A DNA stretch of 64,000 bases from an uncultured Phascolarctobacterium sp. Lineage in GTDB: Bacteria > Bacillota > Negativicutes > Acidaminococcales > Acidaminococcaceae. Made by a program: the position numbers and the translations under genes. Location of the stretch: contig URXU01000009.1 in assembly GCA_900552005.1 (NCBI GenBank), positions 5,045-69,044 on the forward strand, in the 5' to 3' direction. This document shows, piece by piece, positions 21,729 through 31,438 of the stretch. The first letter of the stretch is position 1, and the number at the start of each line of letters is the position of its first letter. Under the pieces are notes generated by a model. It worked only from the letters and a program-made list of their open reading frames with translations, had not been told where the DNA came from and did no database searches.

Positions 21729-23228
21729 ATGCAACAAGACTGGGGCCTGATCTGCGCATTCGGCCTGTATTTTCTTATGATGTTCGGCATGGGCGTCTAT
21801 CATATGCGCAAAGAACAGGATCTGGAAGGATATGTACTCGGAGGGCGTAAGGTAGGACCATGGGTATCCGCCATGAGCGCTGAAGCGTCAGATATGAGCG
21901 GCTGGATGCTGATGGGACTTCCCGGTTATGCTTATGTTGCCGGCGTCAGCGCCTTCTGGATTGCCATCGGACTGGCTCTCGGCACTTTTTTAAACTGGAT
22001 TATTGTAGCCAAAAGGCTGCGTGTTTACACTAAAATTGCCAATGATTCTATTACTTTGCCCGACTTTTTTGAAAACCGTTTTCGCGATAAAAGCAAAGTT
22101 CTGCGCATAATTTCCGCAATCTTCATTTTTATTTTCTTCCTTATTTATACAGCTTCCGGTTTCGTAGCCGGCGGCCGTCTTTTCAACACCGTATTGGGCG
22201 TACCTTATTTTCAGTCGCTGCTGATTACTGCCGGCATAGTTATCTTCTATACCTTTACCGGCGGCTATATAGCTGTTTGCCGTACGGACTTCGTACAAGG
22301 CATCATGATGTTCTTTGCCATTATTATCGTACCGGTAACAGGCATTATTTATGCCGGCGGACCGGCAACAGCTTATGAAACGCTGCATAATCTAAATTCA
22401 AATTACTTTAACTTCTTTACTGACGCAACAGGCGTAACTTTAAGCTTTACAGCCATTCTTTCCCTGTTGGCCTGGGGGCTTGGCTATTTTGGACAGCCGC
22501 ATATTCTGGTACGCTTCATGGGCATCAGTTCTGCCAAAGAAATTCCCCGTGCAACCAACATCGCTATGGTCTGGGTTGTGTTCTCCCTGTTTTTTGCCGT
22601 AACCGTCGGTCTGGTAGGACGCGTAGTTCTTGGCGATAGTCTTCAGGGAGTTAATACGGAAACAGTATTCATGGTAATGAATGACAAATTCTTCGTTTCC
22701 TTTATGGCAGGCATTATCACTTCTGCTATTTTAGGCGCCATCATGAGTACTTCTTCCAGCCAGCTATTAGTTACTGCTTCAGCTGTTTCCACAGATTTTT
22801 ATCAGGCATTGCTGCGCAAAAACGCCAACCCCAAAGAACTTCTGGTAGTCAGCCGCGTAGCCGTTATTCTGGTTTCCATCTGTTCTCTGGCCATTGCCTC
22901 CAATCCTAATAATCTGATTCTGGATTTGGTTGCCTACGCCTGGGCCGGTTTCGGCGCTTCCTTTGGTCCTTTGATTTTATTCTCCCTATTCTGGCGCCGT
23001 ATGACTCTGCGCGGAGCTATTGCCGGTGTTTTCTTTGGCGGTACTACCGTTCTCGCATGGAAAGAATTTTTTGCTTACACCGGTATTTACGAAATTCTGC
23101 CAGGTTTTATCATTTCCTGCCTTGCTATTTATCTGTTCAGTATTACAGATAAGGAACCGCCGGCAGAAATTGTCAAAGATTTTGACGTAGCCAAAAGACA
23201 TCTTCAAAATATGGAAGAAGACATCTGA
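21729..23228 (+). CDS. putP: sodium/proline symporter
   Basis: SSS family. SAEASDMSGWMLMGLPGYAY block typical of PutP. Start at the ATG at 21729 behind GGAGG. Confidence 0.88.
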   Translation: MQQDWGLICAFGLYFLMMFGMGVYHMRKEQDLEGYVLGGRKVGPWVSAMSAEASDMSGWMLMGLPGYAYVAGVSAFWIAIGLALGTFLNWIIVAKRLRVYTKIANDSITLPDFFENRFRDKSKVLRIISAIFIFIFFLIYTASGFVAGGRLFNTVLGVPYFQSLLITAGIVIFYTFTGGYIAVCRTDFVQGIMMFFAIIIVPVTGIIYAGGPATAYETLHNLNSNYFNFFTDATGVTLSFTAILSLLAWGLGYFGQPHILVRFMGISSAKEIPRATNIAMVWVVFSLFFAVTVGLVGRVVLGDSLQGVNTETVFMVMNDKFFVSFMAGIITSAILGAIMSTSSSQLLVTASAVSTDFYQALLRKNANPKELLVVSRVAVILVSICSLAIASNPNNLILDLVAYAWAGFGASFGPLILFSLFWRRMTLRGAIAGVFFGGTTVLAWKEFFAYTGIYEILPGFIISCLAIYLFSITDKEPPAEIVKDFDVAKRHLQNMEEDI

Positions 23229-23250
23229 AATAACTACTAACAATTATTTA

Positions 23251-23279
23251 AAACGTCTGCTTATTGCAGGCGTTTTTTT
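23251..23279 (+). terminator. intrinsic terminator after putP
   Basis: AAACGTCTGC-loop-GCAGGCGTTT followed by a T run. Confidence 0.75.
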
Positions 23280-23305
23280 ATATTTGCATACTATTTTATT
23301 TAGAT

Positions 23306-23348
23306 TTAACATTCTCCTAATATTTCTTTAACAATCACAGGATATACT
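23306..23348 (+). promoter_or_regulatory. Pho-box-like direct repeats plus -10 of the pstS promoter
   Basis: TTAACA (23306), CTAATA (23317) and TTAACA (23328) at exact 11-bp phasing replace the -35. TATACT -10 at 23343-23348. Confidence 0.6.
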
Positions 23349-23393
23349 AAGCCTGTACTCAAACAAGAGATACTTCAAGGAGGTCAATTAATA

Positions 23394-24266
23394 ATGAAAT
23401 CTAGTAAAATTATAGCTTTAAGTTTGGCAGCAATGTGTGCTTTCGGTGCTCTTGGATGCGGCAGTGATAAGAAAGATGCTGCACCGGCCAACGGCGGTAA
23501 AATCGTTGTTGTTTCAAGAGAAGACGGCAGCGGTACCCGCGGAGCTTTTATCGAACTGTTCGGCATTGAAAAAGAACAGAACGGCAAAAAAGTTGATACC
23601 ACTACTGAAAGCGCTTCCATCACCAACAGCACCGCTGTTATGATGACTACCGTTGCTGGCAACAAAGATGCTATTGGTTATATTTCCCTCGGTTCTTTAA
23701 ATGACAGCATTAAAGCATTAAAAATTGACGGCGCTGAAGCAACCGCAGCAAATATTAAAAACGGTTCCTACAAAATTGCCCGTCCGTTCAACATCGTTAC
23801 CAAAGGTGATGTAAAACCGGCAGCTAAAGACTTCATGGCATTCATTATGTCTAAAGAAGGTCAGGCTGTTGTTTCTGCAAACGGTTACATCGGCGATGAC
23901 AAAGCTGCTCCGTATCAAGGCAGCAAACAATCCGGCAAAATCGTTGTTGCAGGTTCTTCTTCCGTAACTCCGGTAATGGAAAAACTGAAAGAAGCCTACA
24001 AGAAAGTTAATCCGGATGTTACCATTGAAGTTCAGCAAAGCGACTCCACCACCGGTGTTAAATCCACCATCAGCGGTATCTGCGATATCGGTATGGCTTC
24101 CCGTGAACTGAAAAAGAGCGAAGTCGATGCAGGCGTTAAAAACACTGTTATCGCAACCGACGGTATTGCTGTTATCGTAAATAAAGAAAGCAAGATCAGC
24201 AATCTTACCAAAACTCAGGTTGCCGATATCTTCACCGGCAAAATTACCGACTGGAGCAAACTTTAA
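23394..24266 (+). CDS. pstS: phosphate ABC transporter substrate-binding lipoprotein
   Basis: 290 aa. Signal peptide with lipobox-like ALGCGS. PBP-like fold with SGTRG and a second SS..T motif. RBS AAGGAGG. Confidence 0.9.
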   Translation: MKSSKIIALSLAAMCAFGALGCGSDKKDAAPANGGKIVVVSREDGSGTRGAFIELFGIEKEQNGKKVDTTTESASITNSTAVMMTTVAGNKDAIGYISLGSLNDSIKALKIDGAEATAANIKNGSYKIARPFNIVTKGDVKPAAKDFMAFIMSKEGQAVVSANGYIGDDKAAPYQGSKQSGKIVVAGSSSVTPVMEKLKEAYKKVNPDVTIEVQQSDSTTGVKSTISGICDIGMASRELKKSEVDAGVKNTVIATDGIAVIVNKESKISNLTKTQVADIFTGKITDWSKL

Positions 24267-24295
24267 TCTCTGTCAAAAATAAAATAGCTGATAAA

Positions 24296-24325
24296 TTAAA
24301 GGTTACCTTTTCAGGTAGCCTTTAA
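24296..24325 (+). promoter_or_regulatory. intercistronic stem-loop between pstS and pstC
   Basis: 12-bp stem TTAAAGGTTACC / GGTAGCCTTTAA (one G-U pair) with no U tract. Likely an mRNA-stability or partial-attenuation element. Confidence 0.5.
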
Positions 24326-24381
24326 TTATCACTGCAAGCTTTGCTCGATTCTGATGATTTCTGATAAAGTTGTGAGGTTTT

Positions 24382-25236
24382 ATGAATAAAGGAAAAGAAA
24401 AAATAATGCACTGGGTGTTTCTGGCAGCAGCCTGCGCATCCATCGCTCTGGTAGCCATGATCTGTATTTTCCTGTTTGCCAACGGCTTGCCGACTATCGG
24501 CAAAATAGGTGTTACAGACTTCCTTTTGGGAGAAAAATGGCGCCCCAATAATGATATTTACGGTATCCTGCCCATGATTTTGGGCAGTGTCTACGTTACT
24601 ATAGGAGCCATTATCGTCGGTGTCCCCATCGGACTGTTTACCGCTGTTTTTATGGCCCGCTTCTGCCCGCCGCTGTTCTATAAATTTTTAAAGCCGTCCG
24701 TAGAGCTGCTGGCAGGTATTCCTTCCGTTATTTACGGCTTCTTCGGCTTAGTTATCATGGTTCCCTTTATCCGTGATAATCTGGGAGGTACCGGCAGCAG
24801 CATGCTGACCGCATCTTTGCTGCTTGGTTTGATGATTCTGCCGACTATTATCAGCGTGGCTGAAGCCGCTTTAAGAGCCGTGCCCAACAGTTACTACGAA
24901 GGCGCTCTTGCTTTAGGCGCCGGTCATGTCCGCAGCGTTTTCTTCACTATTGTACCCGCAGCCAAATCCGGTATTATGGCAGGCATTATTCTCGGTATCG
25001 GCCGCGCCATCGGCGAAACCATGGCGGTTATCATGGTTGCCGGCAATCAGGCCCGTATGCCGCAAGGCCTGCTGGAGGGCGTACGTACCATGACGACCAA
25101 CATCGTTATTGAAATGGGCTACGCTGCCGACCTGCATCGTGATGCTCTGATTGCTACAGCGGTAGTTCTGTTCATCTTTATTTTAATTATTAATCTTACA
25201 TTCTCCTATCTGAAAGGCAAGGTGGTTCAACAATGA
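24382..25236 (+). CDS. pstC: phosphate ABC transporter permease PstC
   Basis: 284 aa, 6-TM permease with an EAA-type loop (EAALRAVPNSYYEGALALGA). Confidence 0.9.
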   Translation: MNKGKEKIMHWVFLAAACASIALVAMICIFLFANGLPTIGKIGVTDFLLGEKWRPNNDIYGILPMILGSVYVTIGAIIVGVPIGLFTAVFMARFCPPLFYKFLKPSVELLAGIPSVIYGFFGLVIMVPFIRDNLGGTGSSMLTASLLLGLMILPTIISVAEAALRAVPNSYYEGALALGAGHVRSVFFTIVPAAKSGIMAGIILGIGRAIGETMAVIMVAGNQARMPQGLLEGVRTMTTNIVIEMGYAADLHRDALIATAVVLFIFILIINLTFSYLKGKVVQQ

Positions 25237-26099
25237 GTATTTTATCCTCCCGCCTGCGCAAAGCACTGTACAGCTACGGCACCGAGCCTTCCGCTATTTT
25301 GCTTTTAATCTGTGTCTGGGGTTCAGCCATTATCACCTTTCTGACATTGGCCTTTCTGTTGCTTTATATTCTCTGGCAGGGTATTCCCTACATCAATGCC
25401 GACCTGTTTGCCTTAGAATATAATACAGAGAATGTTTCGCTCTTCCCGGCCTTGGTCGATACTATTATCATGGTTATCATGGCACTGGCCATGGCAACTC
25501 CCTTAGGCGTTTTTGCCGCTATCTATCTGGTAGAATACGCCAAACGCGGCAACAAGATTGTCAACATTGTCCGTGTTACTGCCGATACTCTGGCAGGTAT
25601 TCCTTCCATCGTTTACGGTCTGTTCGGTATGTTATTTTTCGTTACCTATCTGAAAATGGGCTATTCTCTGCTGGCAGGCTCCTGCACCGTAGCAATCATG
25701 GTTTTGCCGCTGATTATGCGCACTACCGAAGAAGCGCTCAAGTCCATTCCCGACAGTTATCGTGAAGGCAGTTACGGTCTTGGCGCCGGCAAGCTGCGCA
25801 CTGTATTTGCCGTAGTGCTGCCTTCCGCTATTCCCGGCATATTGGCCGGCATCATTCTCAGTATCGGACGTATTGTAGGCGAAACGGCAGCACTGATTTA
25901 CACTTCAGGTACGGTTGCCGCACTGCCGCAAAACGTACTTTCTTCCGGACGTACTTTGGCCGTGCATATGTACGTACTGGCCAGCGAAGGTCTTTTCATG
26001 CAGCAGGCTTACGCTACCGCAGTTATCCTTGTGGTTATTGTAATTTGTATCAACGCGGCTTCCGGTCATCTGGCCCGCAGACTAATGAAGGGAAATTAA
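25233..26099 (+). CDS. pstA: phosphate ABC transporter permease PstA
   Basis: 288 aa. EAA loop ([20 protein letters not shown]). ATGA overlap with pstC. Confidence 0.9.
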   Translation: MSILSSRLRKALYSYGTEPSAILLLICVWGSAIITFLTLAFLLLYILWQGIPYINADLFALEYNTENVSLFPALVDTIIMVIMALAMATPLGVFAAIYLVEYAKRGNKIVNIVRVTADTLAGIPSIVYGLFGMLFFVTYLKMGYSLLAGSCTVAIMVLPLIMRTTEEALKSIPDSYREGSYGLGAGKLRTVFAVVLPSAIPGILAGIILSIGRIVGETAALIYTSGTVAALPQNVLSSGRTLAVHMYVLASEGLFMQQAYATAVILVVIVICINAASGHLARRLMKGN

Positions 26100-26103
26100 T
26101 ACC

Positions 26104-26856
26104 ATGCAAGACAAGCTTACTATCGAAAACTTAAACTTATACTATGGCGATTTTCACGCTTTGAAAAATATTAATATGCACATTAAGGAAAAGGAGATTA
26201 CTGCTTTCATAGGCCCCTCCGGCTGTGGTAAATCCACATTGCTGAAATCCTTAAACAGAATGAATGACCTGGTAGAAGGCTGCCGCATTACCGGCAATGT
26301 TCTACTGAATGGGGAAAACATCTTTCAGACAGAAGATGTCAACCTGCTGCGCAAACGCGTGGGCATGGTTTTTCAGAAGCCCAATCCTTTTCCGATGAGC
26401 GTTTATGATAATATCGCGTTCGGTCCCCGTACCCATGGTATTCATGCCAAATCCCAGCTGGACGATATTGTTGAAGAATCCCTGCGCAAAGCAGCTATCT
26501 GGGATGAAGCCAAGGACCGTTTAAATAAAAGCGCTCTGGGTTTTTCCGGCGGTCAGCAGCAGCGCCTGTGCATCGCCCGCGCCCTGGCCGTGCATCCTGA
26601 GGTTCTGCTGATGGACGAACCTACTTCTGCTCTGGATCCGATTTCCACCCTGAAAATTGAAGATCTGGCGCTGGAGCTGAAACAGGATTATACCATTGTT
26701 ATTGTTACGCATAATATGCAGCAGGCTGCGCGTATTTCTGATAAAACAGGTTTCTTCCTGTTAGGCGATTTAATCGAATTTGACAAGACCAGCGATTTGT
26801 TTGCCAATCCGAAAAATCCTAAAACAGAAGAATATATTACCGGCCGTTTCGGTTGA
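26104..26856 (+). CDS. pstB: phosphate ABC transporter ATP-binding protein
   Basis: Walker [10 protein letters not shown], signature FSGGQQQRL, Walker [12 protein letters not shown]. Confidence 0.95.
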   Translation: MQDKLTIENLNLYYGDFHALKNINMHIKEKEITAFIGPSGCGKSTLLKSLNRMNDLVEGCRITGNVLLNGENIFQTEDVNLLRKRVGMVFQKPNPFPMSVYDNIAFGPRTHGIHAKSQLDDIVEESLRKAAIWDEAKDRLNKSALGFSGGQQQRLCIARALAVHPEVLLMDEPTSALDPISTLKIEDLALELKQDYTIVIVTHNMQQAARISDKTGFFLLGDLIEFDKTSDLFANPKNPKTEEYITGRFG

Positions 26857-26877
26857 TTGCTAAAGACAGGTGAAAAA

Positions 26878-27525
26878 ATGAACAGAGTATTTTATGTCAA
26901 AGAATTAAACAGCTTAGTAGAAAATGTACATACAATGGGTACGGAAGTTTTAAATGCCCTGGATCAGGTTATTAAAAATCTGGAGGTCAAGGATTCTTCT
27001 GTCGCTCAGCACATTATGGCCAACGACGATTATTTTGATAACGAAGAACTGGCCATTGAAAAACAATGCTTTAAAATGCTGCTGCTGCAGGCTCCTGTAG
27101 CCAGCGACCTGCGTGAAATTGCCTCTATTTTGAAGCTGGTAGGCGATCTGGAACGTATTGCCGATCATTGCAGTGATATTTCTCAATACACCCTTAATCT
27201 TACTGAAAATACGCCTGCACCCATGCCGGAGCACTTCATGGATATGATGCAGCTGATGCGCTCCATGGTCAGTGACAGTATCTCCGCCATCAGCAGCAAT
27301 GATGCTGACCTGGCACAGAAAATTATTGACACCGATAATGATGTTGATAAATATTTCTATCAGCTGCGCAATGATCTGACTGTTCTTATGCAGGAAAAGC
27401 CCTATTTTGTACCGCAATATGTCAATTACCTTATGATTGCCAAATACGTGGAGCGCATTGCCGACCATGCTACTAATATTGCCGAATGGGTAATCTACAT
27501 TGTTAAAAATGAACTGCAGAACTGA
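26878..27525 (+). CDS. phoU: phosphate signalling complex protein PhoU
   Basis: Two PhoU repeats with E(R)IADH motifs (LERIADHCSD, VERIADHATN). Start at the ATG at 26878 behind AGGTGA. Confidence 0.9.
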   Translation: MNRVFYVKELNSLVENVHTMGTEVLNALDQVIKNLEVKDSSVAQHIMANDDYFDNEELAIEKQCFKMLLLQAPVASDLREIASILKLVGDLERIADHCSDISQYTLNLTENTPAPMPEHFMDMMQLMRSMVSDSISAISSNDADLAQKIIDTDNDVDKYFYQLRNDLTVLMQEKPYFVPQYVNYLMIAKYVERIADHATNIAEWVIYIVKNELQN

Positions 27526-27544
27526 TAATAGTGAAACTATTGAA

Positions 27545-27572
27545 AAATAACCTCTCAGGAGGTTATTTTTTT
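27545..27572 (+). terminator. intrinsic terminator after phoU
   Basis: AAATAACCTC-TCAG-GAGGTTATTT followed by TTTT. Confidence 0.8.
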
Positions 27573-27627
27573 ATGTCTGAATGCTATAATAAAATTATCA
27601 TTATTTCGGATATTACGGAGGTTTATA

Positions 27628-28034
27628 TGAATAAAATTATTCTGGCTTATAATTTCACGCCGCAGCGTCTACAGGCACTGAAACTAATCTGCATGATGCT
27701 GAAAGCTCAATGCCGCCCTGTCAGCCGTCAGGAAATGCTGCAGCCGGTAGGCTATCTGGCAGGCATCAAGACCGTAGCACCCGTAGCTGAACAATACACC
27801 GGTGATGAAGGCACCGCGGAAATGCTTTTTCTCTGCGGCTTTGACCGTCCTAATCTGGATAAACTGCTGACTGCCATCAGAAAAAGTCCTTTGCAGCAGG
27901 TTAAATTAAAGGCCATGCTCACAGCTCACAATCTCACCTGGAACGGCCTGCAGCTTATCGAGGAATTAACGGAAGAACATAATTATATGACCGGCCGGCA
28001 GCAGCAGCCGGAACATGCTTCCCCAAAAGACTGA
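27628..28034 (+). CDS. DUF3783-like protein
   Basis: About 135 aa. Start at the ATG at 27628 behind GGAGG, downstream of the phoU terminator. Pattern ILAYNF ... MLFLCGF ... LKAMLT..N..W recalled from DUF3783. Confidence 0.55.
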
Positions 28035-28081
28035 TGATATGTTACAATAACCATATAATAAAATTTCGGAGGTATTAATTA

Positions 28082-28573
28082 ATGGCAAAAGACAGCTCTT
28101 TCGACGTTGTTTCCCAGGTTGACATGCAGGAAATGGACAATGCAGTTAATCAGGTAAAAAAGGAAATTGACCAGCGTTATGATTTTCGCGGCAGCAATGC
28201 TTCTATTGAACTGGAAGAAAAAGGTATCAAAATTGCCGCTGAAGATGAATATAAACTGGAAACCATTATCGACATGCTGCGGGTAAAAATGGCTAAACGC
28301 GGCATTTCTTTGCGCTGCCTGGTTCCCGGAAAAATAGAACCGGCTGCCAAAAATACTGTTCGTCAGCAGCTGGATATCCAGCAGGGCATTCCCAAAGACA
28401 AGGCCAAGGCTATTGTAGCGGCCATCAAAGCTACCAAGCTTAAAGTAACCGCGCAGATGCAGGATGACCATGTACGCGTAGCCGGAGCCAAAAAAGATGA
28501 TTTGCAAGCCGTCATTCAAACTCTCAAAGCCGGTGACTTCGGCGTAGATTTGCAATTTATCAATATGCGTTAA
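28082..28573 (+). CDS. yajQ: YajQ-family (UPF0234) nucleotide / c-di-GMP-binding protein
   Basis: 163 aa. N-terminus MAKDSSFDVVSQVDMQEMDNAVNQ is the YajQ hallmark. Confidence 0.88.
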   Translation: MAKDSSFDVVSQVDMQEMDNAVNQVKKEIDQRYDFRGSNASIELEEKGIKIAAEDEYKLETIIDMLRVKMAKRGISLRCLVPGKIEPAAKNTVRQQLDIQQGIPKDKAKAIVAAIKATKLKVTAQMQDDHVRVAGAKKDDLQAVIQTLKAGDFGVDLQFINMR

Positions 28574-28585
28574 ATTTTATTTTCC

Positions 28586-28612
28586 AAGCAGCTGCCGGTC
28601 AGCTGCTTTTTT
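28586..28612 (+). terminator. intrinsic terminator after yajQ
   Basis: AAGCAGCTG-loop-CAGCTGCTT followed by TTTT. Confidence 0.75.
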
Positions 28613-28687
28613 ACTTAAATATCACAGCGGTCTTTACCGGCAATGCCGTATAATATACATGAAAATGATTATAAAGCAGGTGATAGC

Positions 28688-29101
28688 ATGACTCAAAAAA
28701 GCAGCGCTGCCGGCTTTGACAAAGCCCAGATTAATGAAAAGGCGCTTCTGAAATATCAGCATAAATTCAGTACTGCCAATCTGCAGAATAAAATTAAACG
28801 CTACAGCCAAATAATCGGGCTGAACCTTCTCTATAAAGTACTGCAACTATGGTATGTACTGCAAAAACCGGATGTCCCGGCTAAAAGCAAGGCCATTATT
28901 ATGGGGGCGCTGGGTTATCTTATCTCCCCCATTGATTTTATTCCTGATCTGACACCGGTTCTTGGTTATAATGATGATGCGGCTGCCATTATTTTTGCTC
29001 TGTTTCTGGTGCAGCAATATATAGATGAAGACGTAAAAAGTAAAGCCAAAGAAAAATTAGCCAAAATTTTTGATGCGGACGCCGTTCAAAAACTTGATTA
29101 A
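28688..29101 (+). CDS. YkvA/DUF1232 family membrane protein
   Basis: ISPIDFIPDLTPVLGYNDD motif. Start at the ATG at 28688 behind AGGTGA. Confidence 0.7.
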   Translation: MTQKSSAAGFDKAQINEKALLKYQHKFSTANLQNKIKRYSQIIGLNLLYKVLQLWYVLQKPDVPAKSKAIIMGALGYLISPIDFIPDLTPVLGYNDDAAAIIFALFLVQQYIDEDVKSKAKEKLAKIFDADAVQKLD

Positions 29102-29105
29102 AGTC

Positions 29106-29145
29106 AAAAAGACTGACAATGCCTATCATTGTCAGTCTTTTTTTA
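29106..29145. terminator. bidirectional terminator between the ykvA-like and cupin genes
   Basis: AAAAAGACTGACAATG-loop-CATTGTCAGTCTTTTTTT, 12-bp stem flanked by A and T runs. Confidence 0.85.
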
Positions 29146-29153
29146 GCCTCTAT

Positions 29154-29666
29154 TTATTTAAGTTTGCCGTACTCCTCATCACTAACCGGCTCACACCATT
29201 CGTTGGAGGTTTGTTCTCCCGGTACCTCGATAGCCAGATGCGCAAACCAGCTGTCAGGCGCTGCTCCGTGCCAATGTTTAACACCTGCCGGAATATTTAC
29301 TACATCACCTGGATGCAGTTCACGCGCCTCCTGTCCCCATTGCTGATAATAACCGCGTCCTCCGGTAACCAGCAAAATCTGTCCGCCGCCCTTAGCAGCC
29401 TGATGTATATGCCAGTTATTACGGCAGCCCGGCTCAAAGGTTACATTACCAATAACAACCTGCTTTAAAGACAGCATATTCAGATAACTCTGTCCCGTGA
29501 AATACTGAGCGTAAGCATCATTTTTTGCTCCTCTGTCAAAAACAGTAGTAAATTCTTCTGTATGCATAATCTTACTTCCTTTCTCCTGATAAATACCGGC
29601 TTCAGCAAAACCCATAATATTAAAATTCAATACAGCAGCAGCTGCAAGCAGAGCTAAAAGTTTCAT
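29154..29666 (-). CDS. cupin-domain protein with a predicted Sec signal peptide
   Basis: Cupin core NNWHIH...GGGQILLVTGGRGYYQ...GDVVNIPAGVKHWHGA. The ATG at 29666 has an AAAGGAG RBS and encodes MKLLALLAAAAVLNFNIMGFAEA (AXA cleavage-type). Confidence 0.7.
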   Translation of the reverse strand: MKLLALLAAAAVLNFNIMGFAEAGIYQEKGSKIMHTEEFTTVFDRGAKNDAYAQYFTGQSYLNMLSLKQVVIGNVTFEPGCRNNWHIHQAAKGGGQILLVTGGRGYYQQWGQEARELHPGDVVNIPAGVKHWHGAAPDSWFAHLAIEVPGEQTSNEWCEPVSDEEYGKLK

Positions 29667-29681
29667 AATCAAAACTCCTTT

Positions 29682-30512
29682 CTATTTTGCCGGCACAATT
29701 TCATTAATGCAGCTTAAAGCATTCAGCGTCCGCGGATAACCTATATACGGCAGCGCCACCGTAATAGCGTCCAGCAGGTCCTGACGGGTGTTGCCGACAG
29801 CAATATTGGCTGCTGCATGTGCCTTTACCTGAGGCTCACAGCCTCCCAAAGAAGCAATAGCGATAAAAGTTATCAGCTCTCTCTGTTTCAGATTCAATAC
29901 CTGGCGAGTATAATAATCGCCAAAGCAGTTAGCTGATAAATATGTATTAATGTGTTTTTGATCAGCCGGCGCCGTACTGTTCATCTGATTGATGGCTTCC
30001 CCAAAAATACTTGTTTGTACGGCCAATCCCCTGTCATAACGATTGCCCTCATCCACCGTACCATTGGCCACCAATGGTACTTTAATATTTTCATCTTTAA
30101 ATACTGCATGCATTTTTGCCAGCGCTTCCTTAACCCGCGGAAAACCGACATAAGGAGCACACTGATAAATAGTCTCCCGTATTTCAGCCGGCGTGGCGCC
30201 TGAGCGCAGCGCTCCCAACACATAGGTTTCCAGATCAGCCATAGTATTACTGCTGATTAGCACTGCCAGCTTCAGCATTTCCTGCTGCGCTTTGCCGCAG
30301 TGCACCTGCCCGCTGATATCGGCATAAATAAATTTCTGCATAATTGCTGAAATTTCCGGTTCCTGTTCCACACTTACCGGATTTTGCCTGCCATATAAAC
30401 TTACTATATTTTGCTTACTTACCTGCATTCTGTCTGCCGCCATAGCGTAATCACTCCCCATGATCATTCCGGTACATATTAAGATTGCTAATAATCCAGT
30501 CAGCTTCTTCAT
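29682..30512 (-). CDS. carboxymuconolactone decarboxylase (CMD/AhpD-like) family protein, two CMD repeats, with signal peptide
   Basis: 276 aa. N-terminus MKKLTGLLAILICTGMIMGSDYAMA. Two CMD-like halves (PYVGFPRVKEA and PYIGYPRTLNA). Confidence 0.7.
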   Translation of the reverse strand: MKKLTGLLAILICTGMIMGSDYAMAADRMQVSKQNIVSLYGRQNPVSVEQEPEISAIMQKFIYADISGQVHCGKAQQEMLKLAVLISSNTMADLETYVLGALRSGATPAEIRETIYQCAPYVGFPRVKEALAKMHAVFKDENIKVPLVANGTVDEGNRYDRGLAVQTSIFGEAINQMNSTAPADQKHINTYLSANCFGDYYTRQVLNLKQRELITFIAIASLGGCEPQVKAHAAANIAVGNTRQDLLDAITVALPYIGYPRTLNALSCINEIVPAK

Positions 30513-30740
30513 CCAGCATCACTCCCCTCACTATCTTAACAGCTGTTTAAAAATACTTATTCTTCCGTACTGCCTTCTCAAGCTAAGAAGTCTGAAAAAT
30601 TAGCGCAGCGTTATATCGGAAGAAATCTTCTGGTTGTTTTTATTATAAAAAATGGCCTTTTAGATGTCTAATACCTATCTTGTATTCACTAATATACGTT
30701 TTAGGCATAATCTTTTGCTTCTATGCCGCTTAACAGCACA

Positions 30741-30772
30741 AAAAAATGCACCGCATAAGCGATGCATTTTTT
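30741..30772 (-). terminator. intrinsic terminator after the his operon
   Basis: AAAAAATGCACCGC-loop-GCGATGCATTTTTT, one mismatch, A and T runs on both sides. Confidence 0.75.
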
Positions 30773-30778
30773 CGTTAA

Positions 30779-31438
30779 TTAATATTTGCTGTTGTTTTCT
30801 TTTTTTCTGCGGGAACTCAATTCTGCCAGCAGTTCGGACGGATAAATATTGTGGTATGCCAATAATACCAGGCAGTGATACCACAAGTCGGACATTTCAT
30901 AAAGCACTTCACTGTTGCTGTTGTTCTTAGAAGCAATAATCGTTTCCGCTGCTTCTTCGCCGACTTTCTTTAAAATCTTATCCTGACCTGCGGTAAACAA
31001 ATACTTGGTATAGGATTTTTCACCGCCGTGAACTCGTTTCTCCTGGATTACCTTGTACAGCTCATTTAAAATTGCTACGGTCTGAGACTGCTCAATAACC
31101 GGCAAATTATTTTCACGCCACAAAATATTATGGAAGCAGCTGTACTCACCAGTATGACAGGCCACACCTTTTTGCTTAACCTGAACTAACAGGCTGTCAC
31201 CGTCACAGTCATATTTAATATCCAGCACCTGCTGCACATTGCCGCTGGTGGCACCCTTATTCCACAGCTCCTGCCTGCTGCGGCTCCAGAACCAGGTGTA
31301 GCCGGTTTCCATAGTCCGCTGCAAGGATACGGCATTCATATATGCCAGCATCAATACTTTACCGGTGTTGACATCCTGTACAACAGCGGGAATTAGACCC
31401 TTTTCATCAAATTTTATTTTAGAAATATCTACTTGCAT
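30779..31438 (-). CDS. hisIE: bifunctional phosphoribosyl-AMP cyclohydrolase / phosphoribosyl-ATP diphosphatase
   Basis: 219 aa. HisI N-terminal half (GLIPAVVQD...CHTGEYSCF) and HisE C-terminal half (EEAAETIIA...SDLWYH). Confidence 0.93.
   Translation of the reverse strand: MQVDISKIKFDEKGLIPAVVQDVNTGKVLMLAYMNAVSLQRTMETGYTWFWSRSRQELWNKGATSGNVQQVLDIKYDCDGDSLLVQVKQKGVACHTGEYSCFHNILWRENNLPVIEQSQTVAILNELYKVIQEKRVHGGEKSYTKYLFTAGQDKILKKVGEEAAETIIASKNNSNSEVLYEMSDLWYHCLVLLAYHNIYPSELLAELSSRRKKENNSKY

Noticed and set aside
27531-27627. N-terminal extension of the DUF3783 ORF (track start 27531)
   Set aside because: The extension contains the phoU intrinsic terminator hairpin. The ATG at 27628 has a GGAG RBS and gives the family-typical N-terminus.
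30664-30930. 88-aa plus-strand ORF spanning the his terminator and the 3' end of hisIE
   Set aside because: It overlaps hisIE in antisense and crosses a terminator hairpin. It has no RBS and no recognisable domain.
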